Positions 1 to 9,355 of a stretch of DNA of 35,996 bases are shown here, piece after piece (the stretch's first letter is position 1; the number at the start of each line of letters is the position of its first letter). The position numbers were made by a program, and so were the translations under genes. The DNA comes from an uncultured bacterium (GTDB lineage: Bacteria > Chloroflexota > Limnocylindria > Limnocylindrales > Limnocylindraceae). Under the pieces are notes generated by a model. That model searched no databases and had not been told where the DNA came from. It saw nothing but the letters and a program-made list of their open reading frames with translations. The stretch is taken from positions 1 through 35,996 of the forward strand of contig CAWULR010000003.1 of NCBI GenBank assembly GCA_963923845.1, read 5' to 3'.

Positions 1-2
1 TT

Positions 3-380
3 CGCGCGATCACGCTCGGTCGGATCCTCGAAGGCACCACGGGTGAGTTGATCGCGGTGCGCGTCGTCTTCGACGAGAAGGAGGAGGCCCAGATCCGTTC
101 GCGCTTCGAGGAGCTCTTCCCCGGAGTTCGCCTCGTCACCGTCGAGTCGCCGTATCGCGCGATCGTCGAGCCGATCTGCCACTTCTTGGACGAACTCGAA
201 GAGCTCCCCCACGAATCGGGCGAGCTCCCGATCAACGTCGTGATGATCCCCGAGTACGCCGGCCGCCACTGGTGGGACCGGATCCTCCACAACGGGAACG
301 GCAAGCGCCTGCGGGATACGCTCCTCGGCCGTCGCAACACCGTGATCGTCGATCTCCCGTACCGCCGCGACGTCGAGTAG
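3..380 (+). CDS. APC-family/KUP-like transporter (KimA/YdaO type), C-terminal cytoplasmic domain; 5'-partial
   Basis: Frame is open from base 3 to the TAG at 378-380. Motifs VTVESPYRAIVEP and VMIPEY...HWWDRILHN...LR..LL....VIVDLPY match the YdaO/KimA C-terminus. Confidence 0.8.
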   Translation, partial: RAITLGRILEGTTGELIAVRVVFDEKEEAQIRSRFEELFPGVRLVTVESPYRAIVEPICHFLDELEELPHESGELPINVVMIPEYAGRHWWDRILHNGNGKRLRDTLLGRRNTVIVDLPYRRDVE

Positions 381-472
381 CGGCCGCCCCGTCCCCTCGC
401 CGACCAGCCGTCGGCGGCGCTCCTCACGCCGGCCTCCGCCGCGTCTGCCGCACCCCACAGCAGGCAAGAGAC

Positions 473-502
473 TTGACAATAGTATTGATATACTTCTATG
501 AT
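473..502 (+). promoter_or_regulatory. sigma70-type promoter for hspR-lon
   Basis: TTGACA (473-478), 18-nt spacer, TATGAT (497-502), within a conspicuous AT-rich patch. The predicted start site near 509 coincides with an in-frame GTG. Confidence 0.75.
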
Positions 503-508
503 GTGGCG

Positions 509-862
509 GTGTTCAGGAGCGGTGGTCAGGGGGTCGACCCGTCTCGGCCGGTCTACGTCATCAGCGTGGCCGCCGAACTGGTGGCCGTCCACCCGCGAAC
601 GCTCCGAATCTACGAAGAGGAGGGGCTGATCTGCCCGTCGCGGACGGAGAGCAACATCCGCCTCTTCTCCGAGAACGACTTGCGGCGCATCCTCTGGATC
701 CGCCATCTCACGCAGGATCTCGGAGTGAATCTCGCCGGAATCAAGCTGCTCTTCCAGTTGGAGGAGCGGCTCGGCGAACGGATTCTCGAACGACTGTACG
801 AAGAGGGGAACAAGAAGAGCGAGCGCGCGGCGGCAGCTGCGCGTGGAGGAGGACGAGGATGA
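509..862 (+). CDS. hspR: MerR-family heat-shock repressor, HspR-like
   Basis: PVYVISVAAELVAVHPRTLRIYEEEGLICPSRT...RLFSENDL...LTQDLGVNLAGIK is the HspR signature. The GTG start at 509 is inferred from the promoter. The TGA overlaps the lon ATG. Confidence 0.85.
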   Translation: MFRSGGQGVDPSRPVYVISVAAELVAVHPRTLRIYEEEGLICPSRTESNIRLFSENDLRRILWIRHLTQDLGVNLAGIKLLFQLEERLGERILERLYEEGNKKSERAAAAARGGGRG

Positions 863-3381
863 GCGAGAAGCAACGCGACGAGATCGAGGGTGCCGTGAAC
901 GACGAGATGGAACTCGAGATCGACGAGGCGGTCGTCGCCGCCGAGGACGACGGCACCGTCGTGCCGAGCGGACTCGGCCGCTACCCGCTCGTGCCGTTGC
1001 GCGAAATCGTCATCTTCCCCGAGATGGTTGCGCCGCTGAAAGTCGGGCGCGACAAGAGCGTCGCCGCGATTCGCGCCGCCGCACAGGCGGATGGGTGGCT
1101 CGCGCTCGTCACGCAGCGCGAGGCGGAACAGGAGGAGATCGAGAGCGTCCAGCAGCTCCACGCCATGGGGACGCTCGCAAAGATCGCGCAGGTGGTGAAC
1201 CTCGCCGACGGGACGCTGCGGGCCGTGGTCCAAGGCCAGAAGCGCATCTTCGTCCACAAGCTCGATGCAACCGGCGATGCGCTCATGGTCGACGTGGAGA
1301 CGGTCGAGGCGCCCGAAGCCGACGGCGTGGAGATCGAGGCGCTGATGAAGAGCGTCCAGGCGCAGGTGGAAACCTACGTCACCTCCGGCGCACCGGTTCC
1401 ACCCGAGGCGGCCGTGGCGGCGAAGAACATCACCGATCCGGGTCTCCTTGCCGACATGACCGCGTACACACCGGACATGACGACCGAGCAGCGCCAGGAG
1501 CTGCTGGAGATCATCGACGTCACCGAGCGGCTCCACTATGTCTCCGCCTTCTTGGCGCGACAGATCGAGATCCTCGAGATCAAGGGGAAGATCCAATCGG
1601 ATGTGCGATCGGAGATGGACAAGTCGCAACGCGAATACTTCTTGCGCGAACAGCTGAAGGCGATCCAGCGCGAGCTCGGCGAAGACGATCCGCAGCAGGC
1701 GGAGGCGAACGAGCTGCGCGAGAAGGTCGAAGCGGCGGACATGCCAGAAGAGGTGAAGTCGCGCGCGCTCAAGGAGCTCGATCGGATGTCGCGGATTCCG
1801 TCCGCCTCGCCGGAGGTCGGAGTCATCCGCACCTACGTCGACTGGCTCATCGCGATGCCGTGGAGCGTGGCAACCGAGGACCGAATCGAGATTCCAGAAG
1901 CGGCAAAGGTGCTCGGCGACGACCACTACGGCCTCGAGAAGGTGAAGGAGCGGATCATCGAGTACCTCGCGGTGCGCAAGCTCGCCCCGCAGGTGAAGAG
2001 CCCGATCCTCTGCTTCGCCGGCCCTCCGGGCGTGGGGAAGACGTCGCTCGGCAAGTCGATTGCGAAGGCGATGGGGCGCAAGTTCGTCCGTATGAGCCTC
2101 GGCGGACTCCATGATGAGGCGGAGATCCGTGGACATCGGCGCACCTACATCGGCGCGCTCCCGGGGCGGATCGCGCAGGGGATCAAGACGGCAGGAACGA
2201 AGAACCCGGTCTTCATGCTGGACGAGATCGACAAGGTCGGCGCGGACTTCCGCGGCGACCCGTCCGCAGCGCTGCTGGAGGTGCTCGATCCGGAGCAGAA
2301 CGCAACCTTCCAGGACAACTACTTGGAGGTGGAGTTCGACCTCTCGCAGGTGCTCTTCGTTGCCACCGCGAACCAGTTGGACACGATCCCGGACGCGCTC
2401 CGCGATCGCATGGAGATCATCCAGATCCCCGGCTACACCGAGGCGGAGAAGCTGGAGATCGCCAAGCGGTACATCGTTCCGAAGCAGCGGGAGAACCACG
2501 GGCTCAAAGAGAGCCAGGTGACGATCCCAGACGAGACGATGGTGCACCTGATCCGTCACTACACGCGCGAGGCCGGCGTGCGCAACGCGGAGCGAGAGAT
2601 CGCCACGCTGATGCGCAAGGTCGCTCGAGGCATCGCCGAGAAGAAGATCCGCAAGGGGAGCGTCGACCTGAAGCGACTCTCCGCCTGGCTCGGGCCGGAG
2701 CGGCACGAGTACGGCGAGATGGATCAAGACGACCAGGTGGGTTCGGCGACCGGGCTCGTGGTGACACCCGTCGGCGGTGATGTCGTCACCGTCGAAGTCG
2801 GCGTCATGGAGGGGCGCGAGGAGCTGATCCTGACCGGTCAGCTCGGCGACGTGATGAAGGAGTCTGCGCGCGCAGCGCTGACTTGGATCCGGTCGCACGG
2901 TGCGGAGCTCGGCATCGCACCGGAGCGATTCGAGAAGACCGGACTGCACATCCACGTGCCTGCGGGTGCGATCCCGAAGGATGGACCGTCGGCGGGCGTG
3001 ACCATGGCGACGGCGATCGTCTCGGCGCTCACGGGGGCTCCCGTGCGAAAGGATGTGGCGATGACCGGCGAGATCACGCTCCGTGGTCGCGTGCTGCCGA
3101 TCGGCGGGCTGAAGAGCAAGGCGCTTGCGGCACACGCATCCGGTGCGCGAACGATCCTGATCCCGAAGAAGAACGAGAAGGACCTGCCGGAGATCCCAGA
3201 GGAGATCCGAAAGGCACTGAAGATCGTTCCCGTGGAGACGATCGGCCAGGTGCTCGAGCATGCGCTGCGCCGCAGGCCGAAGCCGCTTCCGACCGGATCG
3301 GGCCCCGCCCGAACCGCGAGACTGGCCGGTCGATCGCTCCGCGCGCCGAGTGCGCCAGGGGTCACCGTTCGTCCGAGCTAG
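859..3381 (+). CDS. lon: ATP-dependent Lon protease (endopeptidase La)
   Basis: LON N-domain, Walker A GPPGVGKT, RGHRRTYIGALPG, Walker B FMLDEIDK, catalytic PKDGPSAG and GGLKSK. Confidence 0.98.
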   Translation: MSEKQRDEIEGAVNDEMELEIDEAVVAAEDDGTVVPSGLGRYPLVPLREIVIFPEMVAPLKVGRDKSVAAIRAAAQADGWLALVTQREAEQEEIESVQQLHAMGTLAKIAQVVNLADGTLRAVVQGQKRIFVHKLDATGDALMVDVETVEAPEADGVEIEALMKSVQAQVETYVTSGAPVPPEAAVAAKNITDPGLLADMTAYTPDMTTEQRQELLEIIDVTERLHYVSAFLARQIEILEIKGKIQSDVRSEMDKSQREYFLREQLKAIQRELGEDDPQQAEANELREKVEAADMPEEVKSRALKELDRMSRIPSASPEVGVIRTYVDWLIAMPWSVATEDRIEIPEAAKVLGDDHYGLEKVKERIIEYLAVRKLAPQVKSPILCFAGPPGVGKTSLGKSIAKAMGRKFVRMSLGGLHDEAEIRGHRRTYIGALPGRIAQGIKTAGTKNPVFMLDEIDKVGADFRGDPSAALLEVLDPEQNATFQDNYLEVEFDLSQVLFVATANQLDTIPDALRDRMEIIQIPGYTEAEKLEIAKRYIVPKQRENHGLKESQVTIPDETMVHLIRHYTREAGVRNAEREIATLMRKVARGIAEKKIRKGSVDLKRLSAWLGPERHEYGEMDQDDQVGSATGLVVTPVGGDVVTVEVGVMEGREELILTGQLGDVMKESARAALTWIRSHGAELGIAPERFEKTGLHIHVPAGAIPKDGPSAGVTMATAIVSALTGAPVRKDVAMTGEITLRGRVLPIGGLKSKALAAHASGARTILIPKKNEKDLPEIPEEIRKALKIVPVETIGQVLEHALRRRPKPLPTGSGPARTARLAGRSLRAPSAPGVTVRPS

Positions 3382-3393
3382 CAACGGCTCGCC

Positions 3394-4137
3394 GTGGAGA
3401 GGCAGGAGGCAGCGGCGCAACGGATCGCCGAGCGGCTGCGTCGCGCGCTGGCACGCGACGCCGCCGGAGCGCTCGCGCCGCTCCCCTTTCCGCTGCAGCC
3501 GAACCTCACGCCGCGCCGACTCCCGAGCCTCGAACCGGTCGACCTGAATCCGCCCGTCGAGGGGACGCCGCGCGTTGCCGCGGTCACCGCGCTCGTGGTG
3601 CCACCGGTTGCGCTCGGCGCATGCGGTCCGAACGGCGGCGGCGAAGACATCGAGGTGCACCCCTTCGACTGCCAGGTCCTGCTGATCAAGCGTGCGCAGG
3701 GGGGCACCCACGGTGGCCAGCTTGCGCTCCCTGGCGGCAAGATGGAGCCGGGCGAGACGCCCGAGCAGACCGCGATGCGCGAACTCCACGAAGAGCTCGG
3801 CATCGACGTCGGCGATCCGCTCCATCGCATCGTCGTCGTCGGCTCGCTCGACCCTGCCTACATCCCCGCGAGCAACTTCCTGATCCACGTGGTGGTTGCC
3901 GTCGCCCCGAACACGCCAACACTGCACCCAGACCCGACCGAGGTGGCGGGGGTGGTCGGCGCCGAGCTCGGCATCTTCGATCCACGCCTACCGGTTCACG
4001 ACGTGGACGGAGAGCAGAGTGGCGTGCCGCTCAGGTACGGCGCCTTCGTCGTACCGGGCGAGCTGCGCGTGTGGGGACTTACCGCTCGCTTGCTGTGCGA
4101 ACTCGCGGGCCGGGTGGCGGAGGAATCGGCGCACTGA
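3394..4137 (+). CDS. NUDIX hydrolase, CoA pyrophosphatase type
   Basis: Nudix box GGKMEPGETPEQTAMRELHEELG preceded by the NuCoA-like LLIKRA...HGGQLALPGG; C-terminal VWGLTARLL. Confidence 0.85.
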   Translation: MERQEAAAQRIAERLRRALARDAAGALAPLPFPLQPNLTPRRLPSLEPVDLNPPVEGTPRVAAVTALVVPPVALGACGPNGGGEDIEVHPFDCQVLLIKRAQGGTHGGQLALPGGKMEPGETPEQTAMRELHEELGIDVGDPLHRIVVVGSLDPAYIPASNFLIHVVVAVAPNTPTLHPDPTEVAGVVGAELGIFDPRLPVHDVDGEQSGVPLRYGAFVVPGELRVWGLTARLLCELAGRVAEESAH

Positions 4138-5272
4138 ACCCGGCGGGAAGTCGACCGCCTTCTGCCAGCCGACGAATCACGAACCCGTAGTACTCCTCCA
4201 CCGCCTGCCCCACGTGGTCCCACGTGAAGAGCTGCGCCCGCTCTTCTCCCGCGCGGGAGAGCCGCGCGCGAAGGTCCGGGTCGTCGATCAGCCGCCGAAT
4301 GGCTGCGGCGAGCGCGTCCGAGTTGCCTGGCTCGACGAGGATGCCATCGCGTTCGCGGCGAACCACCCCGCGGTAGCCGTGGATATCCGAGCAGATGATC
4401 GGCGCGCCGGCGGACATCGCCTCCAGGAGCACGATGCCGAACGACTCCCGCCCCGTTGCCGGCGACACATAGATGTCTGCCGTCTTGAAGAGCTGCGCCT
4501 TCTGGCCCTCTGGCACCCGGCCGAGGAACTCCACGCCGTCGAGCTGTCTCGTCAAGACGTATCGGCGCGCCTCTCGGTCGCCCGGTCCGGTCCCGACGAT
4601 CAGCAGCCGTGCGCGGACACCGTCGCGCTGGATCTTGCGGAACGCCCGCAACAGGTGGATGAGCCCCTTCCGCGGCTCCATCCGTCCGACGAAGAGGATG
4701 TTCGGCACGCCATCTCGATAGCGCGCGATCGGCACCGCCCGCTGGTAGCGACCGGGCTCGACGCCGTTTGGAACGATCTTGTATTCGCCGGGGAAATATC
4801 GGCTGATGAAGTGGCGCGCCGCGGGGCTGACCGCGATCCGTCCGTGCAGCTTGTGGGCGTAGTGCCCGAGCATCCGCTTCCCGAATTCGTAGCTGATCGA
4901 GAGGCCGCCGAACGCATGGAACGTGCCGATGTTCACCGAGGTCGACAGGGTGAGCGTGACCAGGCTGAGGAACGGGACGAACGGCTCGTGATAGTGCAAG
5001 ACGTCGAATCGCTCGCGTTCGAGAATCTGTCGCATCTGTTGCAGATACGTCGGGCTGAGCGTGATCGTGCCCATCGAACCGTTGAACGGTACGCTGAATC
5101 CCTTGCCGACGCGGATGATGTCTCCTTCGCTCGCCTTCTGAAGTCCGTGACTGCTCGTGATGATCCGCACATCGTGTCCGCGCGCTCGCAACACTCGATA
5201 GAGCGAGCCGACATGATCGTTCACGCCGCCCGGCATCGGATACGCGTACGGGGTGACGATGCCGATCTTCAT
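4079..5272 (-). CDS. pimA: GT4 glycosyltransferase, phosphatidyl-myo-inositol alpha-mannosyltransferase (PimA-like)
   Basis: MKIGIVTPYAYPMPGGVNDHV, HYHEPFVP, EPRKG and ESFGIVLLEAM match PimA. Context includes pgsA, PatA-like genes and ino1. Confidence 0.85.
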   Translation of the reverse strand: MKIGIVTPYAYPMPGGVNDHVGSLYRVLRARGHDVRIITSSHGLQKASEGDIIRVGKGFSVPFNGSMGTITLSPTYLQQMRQILERERFDVLHYHEPFVPFLSLVTLTLSTSVNIGTFHAFGGLSISYEFGKRMLGHYAHKLHGRIAVSPAARHFISRYFPGEYKIVPNGVEPGRYQRAVPIARYRDGVPNILFVGRMEPRKGLIHLLRAFRKIQRDGVRARLLIVGTGPGDREARRYVLTRQLDGVEFLGRVPEGQKAQLFKTADIYVSPATGRESFGIVLLEAMSAGAPIICSDIHGYRGVVRRERDGILVEPGNSDALAAAIRRLIDDPDLRARLSRAGEERAQLFTWDHVGQAVEEYYGFVIRRLAEGGRLPAGFSAPIPPPPGPRVRTASER

Positions 5273-5273
5273 C

Positions 5274-6107
5274 TCACTCGCGCTCCTCGTCAGGCGAATA
5301 GCGCGCCGGCCTTCGTCGACTGCCTGGATAGCCGAGGTCGCGTCCGCGACGCTCGCCGCCGAACGTCCAGATCGGTCGCGTGACGCCGGCGAGGTCCTGG
5401 CCGAGCCCGATCAGGTTGCGCAACAGCTGACGACCGAAGATGCCCGGGCTTTCGATCAGCGCGTGATCGCTTCCTGCGCCAACGCTCACCGTGCGCGCCA
5501 GGATCGCCTCGCGCAGCGCCTCGGGGCTGGAGCCCGGAAAGGTGGTCCAGACGCGGCCGATCGCGCTCAGCACATGCGCATCCGAGCTCCCGAGCGTTGC
5601 GAGCCCGAGGTCTGCGGCGAGGCGCGCGACCCGTCGGCGCGGCGACGTGCCGAAGATCGTCGGGTTGTAGGTCTCCAGGCCGTCGGGGCGACAGGCGGGG
5701 TCTCGATCGGTCGCCGCAGCACGGATCGCCCCCTCCTGGGCACAGAGCGGGTGCGGGAAGAGCGGATGGGCGGGGATGGCGATGCCGCCCTGCTCGTGGA
5801 CCTCCGCGATGGTGCGTCGAAGCGACCGCAGCGGACGCACCCGTTCGCGCAGGAAGAGTCCGAGGAGGTGCCCCTGGAGCGTCGAGATCTCCTCGCCCAC
5901 GACGACCTGAACGCGAAGGTTGTTGGCGATCGCCATCTGCTTCGCCGCCTCCGCCGCATCGATGCGATCGTGGTCGGTGATCGCGATGATGTCGAGCCCG
6001 ATCTCTTCGGCGCGAGCGAGCACCTGCGACACGGACGCGGTGCCGTCGGACGCCATCGTATGGATGTGGAGATCCGCGCGAGAGACGCCTGTCGACGGTG
6101 CCGTCAT
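5274..6107 (-). CDS. PHP-domain metal-dependent phosphoesterase
   Basis: ADLHIHTMASDG, IAITDHD, GEEIST..GHLL, AHP and GSSDAH motifs. ATG at 6107 overlaps the upstream TGA (ATGA). Confidence 0.9.
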   Translation of the reverse strand: MTAPSTGVSRADLHIHTMASDGTASVSQVLARAEEIGLDIIAITDHDRIDAAEAAKQMAIANNLRVQVVVGEEISTLQGHLLGLFLRERVRPLRSLRRTIAEVHEQGGIAIPAHPLFPHPLCAQEGAIRAAATDRDPACRPDGLETYNPTIFGTSPRRRVARLAADLGLATLGSSDAHVLSAIGRVWTTFPGSSPEALREAILARTVSVGAGSDHALIESPGIFGRQLLRNLIGLGQDLAGVTRPIWTFGGERRGRDLGYPGSRRRPARYSPDEERE

Positions 6108-7009
6108 GCGCGGAGATCGTCCCAGATCGGATAGAAGAGCGTCCACCACTGCTCCGGTGCCTTCATGATGAGCTCTTCGAACGCCGCCGCGATCCCGGCG
6201 AGTGCGCCGCGCGTTCTCGCCATGCGATCGCCCTCGGTCGGGATCGCCACGCTGCGGATGTACCCGGTGTATGCGCCGCGCGGCTCGCGAACCACCGCGG
6301 CAACGTACAGCGCCGCACCGGACTCGACGGCGAGAAGCGCGGGGCTGATCGGAAGCTTCGCCAGATGGCCGAAGAGTCGCACCGGAACGCCGCCGCCGAC
6401 GATGTTGCGATCGCCGACCATGCCCACGATCCCGCCGTCGGCGAGTTCGGCGCTCATCGCCTCTGCCGCGCCCTTCGCCGGAATGATCCGAAGCCCGAGC
6501 CCCGCGCCGCGCACGCGCAGCATCCATGATTGCAGCACCTCGTTGTCGATCTCTTCCATCGGCGCGATCGGCGTCCGACCCGAACGATCGGCCAAGATGC
6601 TGCCCGGAAGCTCGATCGCGCCGAAGTGTGCGGCGAGGAAGATCGACGCGCCGGCCGAGGGGGCGAACGCGGCGGCAACCGCGCGCTCGTCTTCCAGTCG
6701 GACGCGTGTGGCGATGATCGTGCGCGCGTGCCGTGGCGCTCGCGCGCTTTCGATGTAGAAGCGCAGGTGGTGTTCGAAGATCTGGCGCGTGCCGTGCGTC
6801 AGCGCGTGATCGCTCGGCGCAACGCGGTCCCTGTATTCGTAGACGCGCGCAAGGTTCGCGCGCGCGAGCCGAGCGCGTGCCGGCTGCAGCAACGGCCCGA
6901 TCGCGCCCCATGCTCGCGCCACGGCAAGGAGGAGCGGCTCCGGAAGGAGCGAGAGCACGGTCAGTCCGACGATCGCACCACGGCCGATCAGCTGCGCCCT
7001 CAGGTTCAC
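6104..7009 (-). CDS. Lipid acyltransferase (PatA/LpxL family), copy 2
   Basis: AAHFGAIEL, GMVGDR...GVPVRLFG and PEQWW motifs. GTG at 7009 overlaps the upstream TGA (GTGA). Confidence 0.85.
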   Translation of the reverse strand: MNLRAQLIGRGAIVGLTVLSLLPEPLLLAVARAWGAIGPLLQPARARLARANLARVYEYRDRVAPSDHALTHGTRQIFEHHLRFYIESARAPRHARTIIATRVRLEDERAVAAAFAPSAGASIFLAAHFGAIELPGSILADRSGRTPIAPMEEIDNEVLQSWMLRVRGAGLGLRIIPAKGAAEAMSAELADGGIVGMVGDRNIVGGGVPVRLFGHLAKLPISPALLAVESGAALYVAAVVREPRGAYTGYIRSVAIPTEGDRMARTRGALAGIAAAFEELIMKAPEQWWTLFYPIWDDLRA

Positions 7010-8040
7010 GCAGCACCTCGCTCGGTCTGCGTCGCCATCTCCTCCGCACGCGTCGCAAGTCGCGCCTGTTCGACGGCGTTCGGCCAGAGCGGCTTGAAGC
7101 AGTTCCACTGTGTGGGGTCGCTGCGCATCAACCGCTCCATCTCGCTCGCCGTCGCCTGCGTTGCGGCGAGCTGCGCGGCGGGCGAACCGTTTCCTGCATC
7201 GACCGGCTCGCCGAAGATGATGCGGAAGGCTCCGGGTCGCTCGCGGCGAACGAAGAACGGGACGATCGGCGCGTTGCCGCGTGCGGCGATCACCGCCGGC
7301 CCGCTCGGCAGCGTGGTCCAACGGCCGAAGAGACGGCACGGGGTGCCGTCGGGCTTCCAGCCCCAGTCGCTCAACAACACGAGGATTCCACCGCGCCGCA
7401 TCACGCCGAACACCTCGCGGATGGCACGCCAGTCGATCATGGTGATCCCCCACGAGGCGCGAAGCCTGCGCAGCAGCTCGTACATCTCCGGAAATGCGCT
7501 GTCGTCGCCCACGACGTTGACGTCGTAGCGCCGTTCTGCGAGCGCAGCGGCGCCCAGTTCGTTGTTGCCGGCGTGGAATCCGACGAAGATCGCCGGCTGC
7601 TTCCGAGCTCGGTACTCGTCCAAGAGCCCGGTCACCTCCAGGTCGACCTCGGCCGCGATGTCGGCAAGGGAGCGGCTCGGGAGGCGGAGCAGCTCGGCGG
7701 TATAGCGGCCGTAGCTGCGGTAGACGGCAAGCGAGCGGGCCCGCACCTGCGCGGCGGAGCCCGGGAGGGGGCGACCGTCGGCGTCGGCCACGCCGAGGAC
7801 CACGGCCGCATTGCCGTCGGCGATCCGCCGCTTCGCCGGCCAGAGCAGGTAGGCGAGGGGGGCGAGGGTCGAGAAGAGGGCCTCGACCGGTCGTGGCGGC
7901 ATGAGCCCCACCCCCTTCATCAGCCCGAGGTAGGCGACGAAGACGAGCCGCTCCCAGAGGCGCCGAGGGCTGAGGCGGCTGGTCGATGCTGGCGACTCGC
8001 GGCGGATCGGCGAAGGGGTCGCCGGCTGCTGCTCGCTCAT
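7006..8040 (-). CDS. Lipid acyltransferase (PatA/LpxL family), copy 1
   Basis: GFHAGNNEL, LLSDW...LFGRWTTLPSGPA and DPTQWNCFKPLW motifs. Confidence 0.85.
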   Translation of the reverse strand: MSEQQPATPSPIRRESPASTSRLSPRRLWERLVFVAYLGLMKGVGLMPPRPVEALFSTLAPLAYLLWPAKRRIADGNAAVVLGVADADGRPLPGSAAQVRARSLAVYRSYGRYTAELLRLPSRSLADIAAEVDLEVTGLLDEYRARKQPAIFVGFHAGNNELGAAALAERRYDVNVVGDDSAFPEMYELLRRLRASWGITMIDWRAIREVFGVMRRGGILVLLSDWGWKPDGTPCRLFGRWTTLPSGPAVIAARGNAPIVPFFVRRERPGAFRIIFGEPVDAGNGSPAAQLAATQATASEMERLMRSDPTQWNCFKPLWPNAVEQARLATRAEEMATQTERGAA

Positions 8041-8046
8041 CTGGGG

Positions 8047-8052
8047 AGTGTA
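8047..8052 (-). promoter_or_regulatory. -10 element of a leaderless promoter for the acyltransferase-PHP-pimA genes
   Basis: Minus strand reads TACACT-CCCCAG-ATG, with no Shine-Dalgarno. Confidence 0.6.
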
Positions 8053-8056
8053 TAGG

Positions 8057-8091
8057 GAGAGCCGCCGCCCCTTTCGGGTGCGACGGCTCTC
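8057..8091 (-). terminator. Stable hairpin downstream of ino1 (terminator-like, no U-tract)
   Basis: Minus-strand GAGAGCCGUCGCACCC-GAAA-GGGGCGGCGGCUCUC: about 15-bp stem with a GNRA tetraloop. Confidence 0.55.
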
Positions 8092-8137
8092 GTGTGCTCG
8101 AAGGCGGAGCCCGCGGTCGACCGCGGGGCTCGAACGG

Positions 8138-9355
8138 TTAGGCGCGAACCGGGTTCAGGGCCTCCGAGGAGGGGTAACCCTCGGCCGTGACCTGAGTTCC
8201 GTCGAGGACTCGGTTGTCCTCGCCGCGAATGAATGCCTCGACGGCAGCGTGCGCGATGTCGTCGTGCAGCTGCAGCGGCGGGCTCTTCATGAAGTACGAC
8301 GACGGGGCGACCAGTGTCCCCGCCAGCTTCCTGTCGAGTCCGAGCTTCGCGCATCGAATCGCGTCGGTGATCACACCGGCGCTGTTCGGCGAATCCCAGA
8401 CCTCGAGCTTCAGCTCCGCCGTGAGCGGCACGCCGCCGAAGGTCGTCCCTTCGAGCCGGATGTTCGCCCACTTTCGATCGAGGAGCCACGGCACGAAGTC
8501 GGACGGTCCGACGTGCACCTGATCCTCGCCCATCGGTTCGTCGAGGATCGAGGTGACCGCGTTGGTCTTCGAGATCTTCTTGCTCTCGAGGCGATCGCGC
8601 TCGAGCATGTTCAGGAAGTCGGTGTTGCCACCGAAGTTCAGCTGATACGTGCGGTCGAGATGCACGCCACGGTCGGCGAAGAGTCGCGCCAGCACACGAT
8701 GCGAGATCGTCGCACCGACCTGGCTCTTGATGTCGTCGCCGACGACCGGCAGGCCGGCAGCGGCGAACTTCTTCTGCCACTCCGGCTCGCGACCGATGAA
8801 GACGGGGATCGCGTTCACGAACGCGCATCCCGCCTTGATCGCCTGCTCGGCGTAGTAGCGGATTCCCTCTTCGCTGCCGACCGGGAGGTAGGCAACGAGG
8901 ACGTCCACCTTGCGCTCCTTGAGCACGGCGGCGACGTCGACCGGCTTCTCAGGCGACTCCTTCACGACGTCGCGCAGGTACTTGCCGATGCCGTCGAGCG
9001 TCGGTCCGCGCTGCACGATCACGCCGGTGGTCGGGATCTCCTGGAACGTCCAGGTGTTGTTCGGATCGGCACCGAGCGCCACGGAGAGGTCCTTGCCGAC
9101 CTTCGTGACGTTGACGTCGAAGGCGGCCACGTACTCGAGATCGCGCACGTGGTAGCCGCCGAGCTCGACGTGCATCAGTCCGGGGACCTTGGCGTCGTTC
9201 TTGGCGTCCGCATAGAAGTAGCGACCCTGGACAAGGCTGCTCGCGCAGTTCCCCACGCCCGCGATCGCGACTCGAATCGGGTTCGTCGCCTTGACCGGCG
9301 ATGTCGGCGCCGGTCGTGCGTTCCACTGGGCCCGAGGCCCGTTCATCTCCATCAT
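8138..9355 (-). CDS. ino1: myo-inositol-3-phosphate (1-phosphate) synthase
   Basis: [44 protein letters not shown] and [10 protein letters not shown] motifs. AAGGGGG Shine-Dalgarno upstream. Confidence 0.97.
   Translation of the reverse strand: MMEMNGPRAQWNARPAPTSPVKATNPIRVAIAGVGNCASSLVQGRYFYADAKNDAKVPGLMHVELGGYHVRDLEYVAAFDVNVTKVGKDLSVALGADPNNTWTFQEIPTTGVIVQRGPTLDGIGKYLRDVVKESPEKPVDVAAVLKERKVDVLVAYLPVGSEEGIRYYAEQAIKAGCAFVNAIPVFIGREPEWQKKFAAAGLPVVGDDIKSQVGATISHRVLARLFADRGVHLDRTYQLNFGGNTDFLNMLERDRLESKKISKTNAVTSILDEPMGEDQVHVGPSDFVPWLLDRKWANIRLEGTTFGGVPLTAELKLEVWDSPNSAGVITDAIRCAKLGLDRKLAGTLVAPSSYFMKSPPLQLHDDIAHAAVEAFIRGEDNRVLDGTQVTAEGYPSSEALNPVRA

Noticed and set aside
272-508. N-terminal extension of HspR (196-aa ORF)
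   Set aside because: It overlaps the transporter gene and runs through the promoter. HspR similarity starts only after about base 509.
610-3927. 1105-aa ORF antisense to hspR-lon
   Set aside because: Shadow frame of a high-GC gene, with no recognisable motifs. The sense strand is clearly Lon.
3394-4137. NUDIX gene as the counterpart of the NUDIX gene that follows pimA in mycobacteria
   Set aside because: It is on the opposite strand, in the lon operon, and carries a CoA-pyrophosphatase-type motif.
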